64,000 nucleotides of DNA from a virus. Lineage: Duplodnaviria > Caudoviricetes. Of this stretch, positions 8,676 to 18,313 are shown in pieces; positions within the stretch are counted from its first letter, which is position 1, and the number at the start of each line of letters is the position of its first letter. Made by a program: the position numbers and the translations under genes. The notes under the pieces were generated by a model that made no database searches, was not told the DNA's origin, and saw nothing but the letters and a program-made list of their open reading frames with translations. The DNA is taken from positions 32,001 to 96,000 of the IMG/VR virus record IMGVR_UViG_3300020576_004053; one strand, given 5' to 3'.

Positions 8676-11018
8676 TTATTCGTCGAACGACGCCCCAGTG
8701 CTCATGATGTTGAAGTCAAGCTGGATGAATTCTGCCGTACGGGCGGGCTTCAACCAAATCTGACCAACCAATACGTTACGGTCAATTAAGTCCGGTGTAT
8801 TGTTTGTTTCGTCCATCACGACCTTGAAGGCATACAAGCCCGCACGTTCCTGAACATTGGACAGATATGGATTTGCAATGGATAAGAATCGATTGCGCGT
8901 TGCTTCCACATTCTGTTCGAACACCAAGTAACGTGCCGTTGAGGCAAGGAACTTCTTCACTTCGATCAACAAACGACGCACGTTAATGCGATCCAATGCG
9001 GACGGAAGCTGCTGAAGCGTCTTCTGACCCCACACGGTAATACCCTGCGCCGGGAAGAGCGCAATCGGATTTACACGACTATCATACAAGTCATCACGGT
9101 TGCTCTGATCTAGACGCGTACGTACCTGCAAGGCCGCACTAATGCCACCACGATTTAGACCGGCTGGTGCCCACCATGGAGCCGCTACACGGTCATTAAA
9201 TGCATAGACACCGCACATAACGACTGAGGGTGGTACCCAAATGTTCTTATTCGTGTTGTTATCGCGAATCTTTACCCATGGGTGATATGTTGCCGCATAG
9301 TTCGTATCCAAGTCAGACACCGCATTTACTGCAGAGTCGACCGTTGCGCCCAATACGTCACCGTCAAGAATATAGAAACAATCACCACGGGATTCGCACA
9401 TCTCAATTGCCTGTGTGACAATGTATGAATGCTGCGAATATACCACTCCCGGTAGGATGAGCAAATTGATATCCCATGCGTCAGGATTTGCCAATGCGTC
9501 AATAGCCTGTTTATACGCAATGGAGCCATCGCGATTGCTGTTAGACAAATCGAAGCCCATGGTATTCGTAGACGTAATATCGGAACCCGTATAACGAACC
9601 GCTGCTGGATTCTGACCATCAAATCCACCTTGGAACGGTACGGAGAAGCGACGGATAGATACTGCCGTTGCGGGCGTAGTATCGATGATATCTGCCGCTG
9701 CAATAGACGTTAACAAATCAAATCCAGCATCAGCTACACCACTTGCATCAATACCCACCTTCGTGGCAGAACCGGATGGTAACGGCTTGAGATATGACAA
9801 ATTCGTTTCTGACGTGAAATCAAATCCGAAATGTGTCTTACTATTAGCAACTGATACGGTTGCACCAGTTGGCGTATAGTATCGCGTAGTCACATATGAT
9901 GGTGCAGGAACATTTGCTGAATTAACCGGTGGTGACAACGGCGCAAATCCATATGGTAATGTTTCAATCGGTACAGAATCCGCACCATCTGCCATGTCAA
10001 CATACACATAGCGAGAATTATTCGGATAGTCACCGTCCAAATAGATATCGGCGTTTGCATCGATGATAGTACGCGATGTACCAATACGACGTGCAATATA
10101 ATTTGGAGATTCTGGATCTAACGTTAAATTATCAAACTGTTCCAAAATGGACTGCTTTGCATCCGTATCAGTCAATCGACGAATTAAAACAGAGAACGTG
10201 CCATACGTGTCTGCGAGTGTAGCGGGTCGAATAGATGCAATGGTGACCTTAATATCTTCATTCGCCGCATTACCATCAGATAATGTGTAGAACTTAAAGA
10301 GATTAAACTTGCCACCAGAAATTGTCTGCGAACGAATCCATGGAGTACTTGCGTTGGTATACGTTCCCCACACGGAACCGGAGAAATTCAATTCACCGGC
10401 TGCATCGGCCAATGAAACAGATCCAGAACCTGCTAATGCACCTGACACCGCACTTGCAGCCAATGGGAAATCGGCATATACATATGCGTCATGTTTGGTG
10501 AGTGGGCTAGTACCCAATACCTTTGCAAAATACACGGCAGATTCGGGATCAATAGACATAGATGTAAATGTCGTAGATCCATTGGTGCCGGAAATGGTTA
10601 AATTGAATACCGTGGGTTTACCCGTCGCCGTAAACGACGATGGATGCAATGTTACACCAGTACGACTCGGATGTAACACACCCAACGTACGAAGACCGGT
10701 GGTACTGCCGGATAGAGAGAGGATTAGCGAATTGTTGACCGTAGCATCATATCCACCCAATCCTAATACACGTACGATTGTCGCACGACTTGCTTCACCA
10801 AGATATTCATTTACTGCATACGGTGTATAGAAATCAGAAGAAGTCGATCCGAACGTGCGCTGGAAATCTTCTAAGGAATCTACAATTACCGGACGGAACG
10901 CCGGACCTTTTACAAATGGACCAACGAATGCCGCACCAATTTCCGCAATACCCTGAGGAAGATAGGACAAATCGTTTTCATTCGTAAATACACCGGGGCT
11001 GATCATTCTTTCTGCCAT
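8676..11018 (-). CDS. gp18: Tail sheath protein (T4 gp18-like)
   Basis: SPGVFTNENDLS, WWAPAGLNRG, VNPI...GQKTL...ALDRINVRRL, FEQN, KPARTAEFI. Confidence 0.96.
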   Translation of the reverse strand: MAERMISPGVFTNENDLSYLPQGIAEIGAAFVGPFVKGPAFRPVIVDSLEDFQRTFGSTSSDFYTPYAVNEYLGEASRATIVRVLGLGGYDATVNNSLILSLSGSTTGLRTLGVLHPSRTGVTLHPSSFTATGKPTVFNLTISGTNGSTTFTSMSIDPESAVYFAKVLGTSPLTKHDAYVYADFPLAASAVSGALAGSGSVSLADAAGELNFSGSVWGTYTNASTPWIRSQTISGGKFNLFKFYTLSDGNAANEDIKVTIASIRPATLADTYGTFSVLIRRLTDTDAKQSILEQFDNLTLDPESPNYIARRIGTSRTIIDANADIYLDGDYPNNSRYVYVDMADGADSVPIETLPYGFAPLSPPVNSANVPAPSYVTTRYYTPTGATVSVANSKTHFGFDFTSETNLSYLKPLPSGSATKVGIDASGVADAGFDLLTSIAAADIIDTTPATAVSIRRFSVPFQGGFDGQNPAAVRYTGSDITSTNTMGFDLSNSNRDGSIAYKQAIDALANPDAWDINLLILPGVVYSQHSYIVTQAIEMCESRGDCFYILDGDVLGATVDSAVNAVSDLDTNYAATYHPWVKIRDNNTNKNIWVPPSVVMCGVYAFNDRVAAPWWAPAGLNRGGISAALQVRTRLDQSNRDDLYDSRVNPIALFPAQGITVWGQKTLQQLPSALDRINVRRLLIEVKKFLASTARYLVFEQNVEATRNRFLSIANPYLSNVQERAGLYAFKVVMDETNNTPDLIDRNVLVGQIWLKPARTAEFIQLDFNIMSTGASFDE

Positions 11019-11039
11019 ATACTACTCTCCTGTGGTCCC

Positions 11040-11282
11040 TTAATCGGGAATAAATTCTCCGGTCTGTAAATTTACTTGACCAGTTGATCCATATGCTTCT
11101 TGCAGTGTAATAACCATAGCATTCCGGTGTTGTTCTAATTCTCGCATCTTTACCGAAATTCCATCCATTTCATCAATAATCATAAGTTTCTGAAATTGAA
11201 GCTCTCCATATCGCTTCGTAATTTCGTCAAACGTAGATTGTAACTCACGCAACGCTTCTAAATGATTCTCAGTAACTTTCAT
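11040..11282 (-). CDS. Small coiled-coil hypothetical protein (80 aa)
   Basis: Helical heptad pattern, C-terminal YGSTGQVNLQTGEF; promoter motifs upstream. Confidence 0.7.
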   Translation of the reverse strand: MKVTENHLEALRELQSTFDEITKRYGELQFQKLMIIDEMDGISVKMRELEQHRNAMVITLQEAYGSTGQVNLQTGEFIPD

Positions 11283-11341
11283 TGGTCGAATCTCTCAAAC
11301 TGTTGATAAATAGAGTATAACTTCACCAAACATCAAATTAA

Positions 11342-11349
11342 CATACATA
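11342..11349 (-). promoter_or_regulatory. Putative late promoter TATGTATG (a second box TATTTATC at 11305-11312)
   Basis: GTGATATGTAT variant upstream of the 80-aa gene and sheath. Confidence 0.55.
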
Positions 11350-11358
11350 TCACGAATA

Positions 11359-12150
11359 TTACTTTTCGTCCAATTCTTCTTGTGTAACCACCGTTTCTAC
11401 CATGGTCACCAATTTTTTTGCCGTATACGATTTAAGTGTAGTTTGACTCAATTTACCATTTTGCACAACTCTTTCTGGCAACAAATATGCCTCAACAGTC
11501 ATATTAAATTTGGTACGAACTACACGATCTTGCGATGGCGGTAAATCCGTTTCAGATGGAAATTCATCAATGGAAATACGGAATTTGAAATTATTCCGAT
11601 TTCCCCAATATTCAAAGTTTTCAATTTGAATCTGCTGAATCAGTTCATCCATCTGGGCCTGATATTCCGTCCACAAATATACCTCGTATCGTAACTGTAC
11701 GTAATCCGGAATCATTACCTGCTGCATAGCTCTGGATGGTCGTACGTTATTCTTCAATGCAAATAAATCGTAGGTATTCCGAGGATTCCATCGATTTTCT
11801 AATGCCGTGTACATATATTTGTTATTCGGATTCATGGGTTTACTTGGTCGCACGTTCAATCGACGCATGAGAATAAGTGGTGCTTGTAATTTTCCACTCT
11901 GATCTCTAATCACACCTTCACGTCGAATTTGTGCCCAACGTTCCCCGGCTCCCGGTAATACTGGTACAATACGAATCTCACCATTTTCGACAACGGTTGG
12001 CTTGATAGTATCCTTTAAATAGTTGATCAAAATACCATTGATCTTTTCTAAAGTAATCTTAACCGCAGGTTTATCAGTTGACTCTATTTTGTTGTCATAT
12101 CCACGATTTGACTGACCTACTGGGATATCCTTATCATCGGGTTCATTCAT
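11359..12150 (-). CDS. gp15: Tail terminator/sheath stabiliser (gp15-like)
   Basis: VPV...ERW...LQAPLI...PDYVQLRYEVYLWTEY..QMDELIQQI; located between neck and sheath genes. Confidence 0.7.
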   Translation of the reverse strand: MNEPDDKDIPVGQSNRGYDNKIESTDKPAVKITLEKINGILINYLKDTIKPTVVENGEIRIVPVLPGAGERWAQIRREGVIRDQSGKLQAPLILMRRLNVRPSKPMNPNNKYMYTALENRWNPRNTYDLFALKNNVRPSRAMQQVMIPDYVQLRYEVYLWTEYQAQMDELIQQIQIENFEYWGNRNNFKFRISIDEFPSETDLPPSQDRVVRTKFNMTVEAYLLPERVVQNGKLSQTTLKSYTAKKLVTMVETVVTQEELDEK

Positions 12151-12599
12151 ACTCGGGGTCGCTCAAGCTGAAGGTTCGTAGTACGCGTTAAATGTGTACT
12201 ACATACGATGGAATGATTATATCCAGTTTGGCCAGCATATAACTGTACTTCATTGGTATTGTCAATTTCATAATAGTCGTTGTGAAAATCTATGATATCA
12301 CCAGTTTCGGGATATATATTGCGAAGATCACATTCTGTACGAAGAAACGATACCTCTAATGTCTGTTGTACATCGACAGTAGATAGTGCAGCAATAGTCT
12401 GCGTTTCATCTCGTTTAATCAGTGCAGGAATTAATACGCCAACATACCATATTTTGTTTATACTTTCACCGTAGCTATTTACTTCCGTTAATTCTTGATG
12501 CATTTTATACAGCACTACCGAAGTATCTACAACGACGTTAACTAACTCTTTGTTGATTTTGAGAATTGTTGCGTAATCCTTATAGTTCGCAAATCTCAT
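12147..12599 (-). CDS. gp14: Neck/head-closure protein (gp14-like); start refined to MRFANY
   Basis: NSYGES, YPETGDIIDF..DYYEI; follows gp13-like gene. Confidence 0.65.
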   Translation of the reverse strand: MRFANYKDYATILKINKELVNVVVDTSVVLYKMHQELTEVNSYGESINKIWYVGVLIPALIKRDETQTIAALSTVDVQQTLEVSFLRTECDLRNIYPETGDIIDFHNDYYEIDNTNEVQLYAGQTGYNHSIVCSTHLTRTTNLQLERPRV

Positions 12600-12603
12600 G
12601 ACA

Positions 12604-13767
12604 TTATCCAATATAGATGAGGGTTGGAACATGTTTCAATAGTTCCATAGAATTTGCTTCATTTTCCTTTGACATTTCCAATTGTTTTGCACGACCGGTC
12701 AATGCCAACGTTTCACGCAACTGCTCCCACAATTTATCCTTCTCTTGTGCAGCCTCTTGTTTTAACTCAGCACCGTCGAGAGTTACTTCAGAATTAGGAA
12801 TTGGAATGGTGGCATATTTGATACGCACCGCACCCAACGTCTCCTTACTCAACGCCAACGCATATCGCCAAATCCACCGCTTACCAACGTCATTAATATT
12901 CGAATACATGATGGTGGTATATGGTACGTTTGAATAATCGCTTGCAATACCTTTCACCGTACTAATAGCTGCTGCAGATTTATCACGCTTTACATTGTAT
13001 TCAATCGTAAATGATGAGAACGTAGTTCCATCAGGAATAGGATAAATTCGAATTTTGTTGTTTGCAATTTCAAAGCTATACTGACTTCGACGCACGGTAT
13101 CGGTAAACTCAATTGCCTGTGTACGTAACAGCGTTTCATATACCGGAGTTAACAAATATTGAGTTTCAACCGCATATCCACCCCATCCGAATGCACCTAA
13201 CATATTGGATACGCCCATGCCACCCGCTGCAAATGGATCAAAAATTCTAGAAATGGCTGGTGGTGGAGAATGGAATACCCGACGTATTTCTATTTTATTA
13301 CCGCTTTCTAAGCGTGCTTCGATGTAATCTTTTAAATCATAAGCATTTACACTTGCCGTTACAGGAATTACCGCCCGCTTATAATCGACATTACCACCCG
13401 AACCGGCTTCCGTGCCATATTGTGTCGATAATTCTACTGCCATCGCTAACGGATTACCAACGACCAATGTCTGTGATACCGATGATCCGGTCGTAATTCC
13501 TTGAAGCGTAATCATATTGTCTCGCATATTAAACTCGTTAATTTGCGCACTATATTCTATTACAGCTTCTTCGAAACAGGCATAAAACATCTTATCAGTT
13601 AATTCGACCTGCATAACAGGATAACCTAACCGAAGTGCTGCCCACTCGGCAAAACGTGGTGCTTCTTCAGAAAATTCTTCATCGTCATCGAAAATTCCTT
13701 GCGGAGTTAATCCCGATGGGTCTGATCCACTTCCCGGCCAAAATACTGGTTCATACTGAATGGTCAT
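12604..13767 (-). CDS. gp13: Neck protein (gp13-like head-tail adaptor)
   Basis: LRLGYPVMQVELTD, WIWRYALALSKETLGAVR.KY..IPIP..EVTLDG.EL. Confidence 0.88.
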   Translation of the reverse strand: MTIQYEPVFWPGSGSDPSGLTPQGIFDDDEEFSEEAPRFAEWAALRLGYPVMQVELTDKMFYACFEEAVIEYSAQINEFNMRDNMITLQGITTGSSVSQTLVVGNPLAMAVELSTQYGTEAGSGGNVDYKRAVIPVTASVNAYDLKDYIEARLESGNKIEIRRVFHSPPPAISRIFDPFAAGGMGVSNMLGAFGWGGYAVETQYLLTPVYETLLRTQAIEFTDTVRRSQYSFEIANNKIRIYPIPDGTTFSSFTIEYNVKRDKSAAAISTVKGIASDYSNVPYTTIMYSNINDVGKRWIWRYALALSKETLGAVRIKYATIPIPNSEVTLDGAELKQEAAQEKDKLWEQLRETLALTGRAKQLEMSKENEANSMELLKHVPTLIYIG

Positions 13768-13795
13768 AAAGCGATGCTCAAAAAGAGTTCATCTA

Positions 13796-13803
13796 TATAA
13801 ATA
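13796..13803 (-). promoter_or_regulatory. Putative late promoter TATTTATA (neck genes)
   Basis: Just after the MCP terminator, ~30 nt before the gp13 start. Confidence 0.7.
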
Positions 13804-13825
13804 GGCCAAAGACAGATCAACATCA

Positions 13826-13866
13826 AAAACAAATGGGAGTAGTGACATAATCACTACTCCCATTTT
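13826..13866 (-). terminator. Rho-independent terminator after major capsid gene
   Basis: 15-bp perfect stem AAATGGGAGTAGTGA/TCACTACTCCCATTT followed by a T-rich tract on minus strand. Confidence 0.85.
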
Positions 13867-13889
13867 ACTTCTCATTCTACATCAATTGC

Positions 13890-15461
13890 TTAGACAGGAA
13901 CGCCATGGCAAATGATCTTCGCGTAGAATTCAGGACGCACCATCTTCTTCGCATAACGCGTTAGAACACCACGACGTGGCGTGAAGTTCTGCGGGTCAAG
14001 CACAAGCGGGGTCATGATTAATGGAACGTATGGAGCATACACAGCACCAGTTTCCAAGAAACTATTTCCACGGAAGCCCATCAACATCACATTACCTGCG
14101 AAGTATGGGTTCTTGTAGATCGTGAAGCGGCTCTGGAAGGAACCAACTGCAGACACACCTGACGCAAATTCGCTCTGATTGCCGTCCGTCTTCGCGGCAA
14201 AGCCGGGAATGGATTCGATAATCGTTGCAAGCTGCGGAGATACAACTGCGAAGTTAGCACCACCACGAAGCGTTAACTGATGAATCTTGTTAGACGTACG
14301 CTGCATGACCTGACCAAGCGTCTGGTACCATGTCATGTTCGTCCATGCCTGACCAGCTAATGTCGCATCGGCTGCGAAACCGGTACCGTTCCAAATCGTA
14401 CCAATATTTGCTGACCAGTAATCCGTCGTCTGAGCATTGACAAGAAGCATATCTAGCAATTCAAGATCAATTTCAAGCGAGATATACTGGCTTAACATTG
14501 CTGTCAATTCAGCTTCTGCATCAATTGAGTGATATGCATTCAAGTCCTGCGCAAGTTCCGGCGTCCAAACGGCCTTCAACTTACGGGTTTCCGCAACAAT
14601 AGGTACGGATGAAAGTTCAAGGTTGATTTCCGGAATGTTTAGATCAACACCCGTTGGCGGAATGGAAGAACCAACTACGTCTTCGAAGTCACCACGGCTC
14701 TCATCCGTAGGCTGCACAGAGTAGGTAACCTTGGCCACCGTTGCGGAACCGGACGCGCCGACCACTACGAATACCACGGAATCCTGCGCTGCATTCAACT
14801 TCGTATACTGCGGGTAGTACACCGTCCAACCAGATCCAGACGGTTCAAAAGAACGGATTGCAGTCTTATCTGCAGCCGGTAGGCTGGAGAACGGAACCGT
14901 AACCGTAGTCAAACCGGTCGGAGAGATTGCAAAATCAACAGATGCCGTTGGTGCCGGTGCATTTGCGAAAATTGCTGCAAATGACGCCGTAACTTCATTG
15001 ATGGTATATGCAAACTGACCCGCGCCGTACAAACCACCAGCCGGTGCTGCAGATGACGTGGTGTCACCATACAACGACTGACCGATTAAACGAGGTGCAC
15101 GGTTAGAACCGTACTTGAATTCCATGTAGAAGATAAGTCCAGATGGAAGATTCATAGGCTGCACGGATAGATATTCCTTTGCAGAAATTTCACCGAACAC
15201 CTTACGCACTAGGGGAAGTGCAACACCTGACCACTGTTCGGCATTCGTTGCCGTACCAGTGCGAGATGCTTCCGTGACTAGCTGGAATGCCTGATTTTCA
15301 AGCATTAGAGCCATGTTGCCACGTTCTGTTTCATTTTTTAGCCCTTCTAACAGACCAGTCTTCTGCCACTTCGATGCCAAGCCACGAATGTGACGAAGCA
15401 TTTCATCATTTGGACGAGAAGATTCTGCTAGGAGCTTAGTTAAATCGAAAGTACCAGCCAT
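13890..15461 (-). CDS. gp23: Major capsid protein (T4 gp23-like)
   Basis: VQPMNLPSGLIFY, AETRKLKAVWTPELAQDLNAYHSIDAEAEL, YAPYVPL, FTPRRGVLTRY. Confidence 0.97.
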   Translation of the reverse strand: MAGTFDLTKLLAESSRPNDEMLRHIRGLASKWQKTGLLEGLKNETERGNMALMLENQAFQLVTEASRTGTATNAEQWSGVALPLVRKVFGEISAKEYLSVQPMNLPSGLIFYMEFKYGSNRAPRLIGQSLYGDTTSSAAPAGGLYGAGQFAYTINEVTASFAAIFANAPAPTASVDFAISPTGLTTVTVPFSSLPAADKTAIRSFEPSGSGWTVYYPQYTKLNAAQDSVVFVVVGASGSATVAKVTYSVQPTDESRGDFEDVVGSSIPPTGVDLNIPEINLELSSVPIVAETRKLKAVWTPELAQDLNAYHSIDAEAELTAMLSQYISLEIDLELLDMLLVNAQTTDYWSANIGTIWNGTGFAADATLAGQAWTNMTWYQTLGQVMQRTSNKIHQLTLRGGANFAVVSPQLATIIESIPGFAAKTDGNQSEFASGVSAVGSFQSRFTIYKNPYFAGNVMLMGFRGNSFLETGAVYAPYVPLIMTPLVLDPQNFTPRRGVLTRYAKKMVRPEFYAKIICHGVPV

Positions 15462-15480
15462 TGAGATATACTCCTAAAAA

Positions 15481-16782
15481 TTATAGAATTTTGGTAATGC
15501 CAGCCAACTTCTGCATACGACTACGGAACTGTTCATCAGCCGCCTGAGCATCCGCCGTAGCTGCTTCATTGATAGATTTCGTAGAACGGGTTGGACGTGA
15601 TGCCAAGCCTTCCTTGATCGACGTAGCAGTCTGTTTACGTGCTGCAGACTTACCACCAGTCTTACCTAAAAATGATTCTGCTAACGTCATATACACCAAC
15701 TTCACTTCACGTAGAGTTTTTGCTTTATCAAACGTCTCTACCACACGCATTTTCTTCGATGCGTCGAGTTCAAAGCCACGGAACAACTTATTCGTATACA
15801 ACAGCTTTGAATTGAGAATATTCAATTCATTTAGCTTGTCCTTCAGATACACCACTACATCGCGGTGTTCACGAAGCCGTGCTTTTAGCTCTACGTTTTC
15901 GGCAGCAATCTTTTTGGATTCTTCCCAAGGCTTCTTGGATTCAGCTTCCTCTGCTTCCACTTCACGCAGAATTTCTTCGATATCAAGTGCTTCTAGCATT
16001 TCGTGTTCGGCTTCTTCTTGTCCTGCCTTTACTTCCTTTCCACCATTTACGCCATCAACTGCCTTTTGCGCACTACCGTCTTTTCCTTCACCATTCTTAA
16101 ACGTTGAATCGGTTTCAATCGTCTCACCAATTCCATGCGCAAACTTCGCGGACTGAGGGTGCTTACCAGCCATAGGATCGTCATATCCTTCCATAGGCTG
16201 ATCGTCCATCGGAGCGTCTAGCGGTGGTTCTGATGCACCCAATGAATCGCCGCCGCCCATCACATCAGCTTCAAGCTGCTGGATAATTGCTTCAAGGTCC
16301 AATTCATCAACGTCACCATCCATATCACCGTCCATACCGCCACCCATACCATCCATTTCCCCGCCACCAAATGCCGGTGCACCATCATTTTCAGGCGCAA
16401 CCTGCATATCTACGCCGCCCATGTTGTCGTCATCGTCAAACGGTAGATCGGTTTCGTTCACAGCCTTTGGCTTTGAATTTGGACCGTCTAAATCCTTAAC
16501 TTCGATACCCTTATTTTCGATATCGGACGAATCATGTGCTGCCTTCGATGGATCTTTTGGAGCCGGATCTTTCACCGTTACACCCGCACCACCGATTTCT
16601 GAAGAGTCGAGGGTGTTCTGTTCACCCAACGATTCAATTTCTGTACGAAGCTTTGCAGATAGCGCACTTGCCAACTGTGGGCGAAACGCTTCTTCAAGCT
16701 GTGCTCGTGCATTCGCAATTGCCGTTTCCTGAATCATATTAGCATCAGCAATTGCTTCACGTAGCAACTTGTCTCTCATCAT
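15481..16782 (-). CDS. gp22: Prohead core scaffold protein (gp22-like)
   Basis: Acidic low-complexity middle, coiled coil with LNELNILNSKLLYTNKLF, C-terminal RMQKLAGI; directly upstream of MCP; many [IL]xE sites. Confidence 0.8.
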   Translation of the reverse strand: MMRDKLLREAIADANMIQETAIANARAQLEEAFRPQLASALSAKLRTEIESLGEQNTLDSSEIGGAGVTVKDPAPKDPSKAAHDSSDIENKGIEVKDLDGPNSKPKAVNETDLPFDDDDNMGGVDMQVAPENDGAPAFGGGEMDGMGGGMDGDMDGDVDELDLEAIIQQLEADVMGGGDSLGASEPPLDAPMDDQPMEGYDDPMAGKHPQSAKFAHGIGETIETDSTFKNGEGKDGSAQKAVDGVNGGKEVKAGQEEAEHEMLEALDIEEILREVEAEEAESKKPWEESKKIAAENVELKARLREHRDVVVYLKDKLNELNILNSKLLYTNKLFRGFELDASKKMRVVETFDKAKTLREVKLVYMTLAESFLGKTGGKSAARKQTATSIKEGLASRPTRSTKSINEAATADAQAADEQFRSRMQKLAGITKIL

Positions 16783-16898
16783 TGCACATCTCCTATAAAC
16801 AAAAAGAAAAGGCTATTCGAAGCCTCTATCACGAAAATTCACTCGTGAACACAGGACATCTTATAGCCTTCAAAAAGATGTATTAAAAGTGTTGTGCC
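16783..16898 (-). promoter_or_regulatory. Structured 5' leader of scaffold/capsid genes (pseudoknot or attenuator-like)
   Basis: Stem ACATCTT/AAGATGT (16856-62/16875-81); its loop is complementary to 16809-16816; hairpins CACGA/TCGTG and AGGCT/AGCCT plus T-tract. Confidence 0.5.
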
Positions 16899-16906
16899 AA
16901 TAAATA
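16899..16906 (-). promoter_or_regulatory. Putative late promoter TATTTATT (scaffold/MCP)
   Basis: Motif precedes the structured leader. Confidence 0.65.
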
Positions 16907-16937
16907 GCGTTGGATATTTCTAAACAACAATTTTCTA

Positions 16938-17222
16938 CTAAAAATTATTATGATTTTTAGAATACCACTGTTGTTTTCTCTCATCGCGTCTTTTTTGACG
17001 TTGCGACTCTTCTCGTTTAAACCGTCGCGTCTTTGCAGGAGACTTGTAAAATTCGCGGCGACTTACTTCTTGAAGAATTCCACTCTTCTTTACAAGTTTC
17101 TTAAATTCAGTGAGTGCAGAATCTACATCATCACGATGTTTTTTATCGGAAGTAAACTTTACTGACACTTCAATACCGCGCACCTTTGATGCACCAGTTT
17201 GTTTGTTCTTATGTCCTGACAT
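16938..17222 (-). CDS. rpsU: Phage-encoded ribosomal protein bS21
   Basis: V.V...DVDSALTEFKKLVKKSGILQEVSRREFYKSPAKTRRFKR matches the bS21 signature (AL..FK......G...E...R.FY.KP...R). Confidence 0.9.
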   Translation of the reverse strand: MSGHKNKQTGASKVRGIEVSVKFTSDKKHRDDVDSALTEFKKLVKKSGILQEVSRREFYKSPAKTRRFKREESQRQKRRDERKQQWYSKNHNNF

Positions 17223-17233
17223 ATTATCCGTAT

Positions 17234-17584
17234 TTATCCTATTTCATTATTTGGAGGAAGGACCACGGGAGATGGTGGTAATGGATCAGTACGTATTTCA
17301 CGGACATCAGTAGATGTAGTAACTGCCGGTAGTGGCCCCTTTCTAAACCATGCCATATTTTCTAACCACAATTTTACCAACCATGTCGGGCTAGATAATA
17401 CAACCGTAGTCGCATACACAACTAAGAATGCATCTAATAATGGTTCACTTAATACCCACCGCTGTACACTTACCAACGTAATCCAAAACATGAAAAAAAT
17501 GTTAAATGACCATAGAAATAATTGAGATAGATCTATGTCATCTCCCTTGGTAAAAACTAATCTATAAATAAAGTTCTTCATCAT
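17234..17584 (-). CDS. Small two-TM membrane protein (holin-like candidate)
   Basis: Two hydrophobic segments and a Pro-rich hydrophilic tail. Confidence 0.55.
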   Translation of the reverse strand: MMKNFIYRLVFTKGDDIDLSQLFLWSFNIFFMFWITLVSVQRWVLSEPLLDAFLVVYATTVVLSSPTWLVKLWLENMAWFRKGPLPAVTTSTDVREIRTDPLPPSPVVLPPNNEIG

Positions 17585-17593
17585 ACGTCTCGG

Positions 17594-18262
17594 TTAACGA
17601 ACTAATTTCCACACCGCTTCAATTTTCTTTGTTGCAGGTAATGCCGCAAACCGAGATGCTATATTAGAATCTTTTTGTAACAAATATTTGTATACTACTT
17701 TGATGGCACGCACCGTCAATTCATCCTTTGGAGATAACTCTTGGGTAGCCGGTGGTGCAGTTGGTGATGGTTCCATCGTAGTTTCCGGTGGCAATGCATC
17801 GTCTACTTCACCAATCTTTTTGAATGAATCTTGAATTGGCGCTTGACCGGGATCACGCGTAGCCGCTGCTGGATCAATAGGTTCAGCAGGAGCTTGCCCA
17901 TTCTGTATTTCGAAATACCGATTAAGGATGTGTCCCATATCGTCATATAACGCCGACATACGCTGTTCTAGCATATCCGCTTCATTGGCATGTTTTGCAA
18001 ACTCAGACGTAAATTTCTTGAGTTCAGACATGTTACGCTTTAACGTGTGTGCATCAAACCAATCATCGGCTTCATTAGTTACGGTAGTTTCCGCCAACTC
18101 TGCAATCTGAGATAAGCGTTCTGCTAATTCCCGCATGGACTGTGTTCGGCGTAACGCAGCCCCATATTCATTGTATTTGGCAATCTGCTCAATCACATTT
18201 TCCACGGTCTGTTGTGGTGCGGCTGGTGCAGACTGCTGACGCCCGAAATTAAAAGATGGCAT
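17594..18262 (-). CDS. Hypothetical head-region protein (222 aa)
   Basis: DWFD..T.KRNM.EL...EQRM.ALYDDMGHILNRYFEI helical domain; GGAG RBS and promoter motif. Confidence 0.75.
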   Translation of the reverse strand: MPSFNFGRQQSAPAAPQQTVENVIEQIAKYNEYGAALRRTQSMRELAERLSQIAELAETTVTNEADDWFDAHTLKRNMSELKKFTSEFAKHANEADMLEQRMSALYDDMGHILNRYFEIQNGQAPAEPIDPAAATRDPGQAPIQDSFKKIGEVDDALPPETTMEPSPTAPPATQELSPKDELTVRAIKVVYKYLLQKDSNIASRFAALPATKKIEAVWKLVR

Positions 18263-18292
18263 GCATATACTCCAAATAGTTCATAGTATTCT

Positions 18293-18300
18293 TATAAATA
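18293..18300 (-). promoter_or_regulatory. Putative late promoter TATTTATA (unit containing bS21)
   Basis: Intergenic motif ~30 nt before the start at 18262. Confidence 0.7.
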
Positions 18301-18313
18301 GGCACTACTACGC

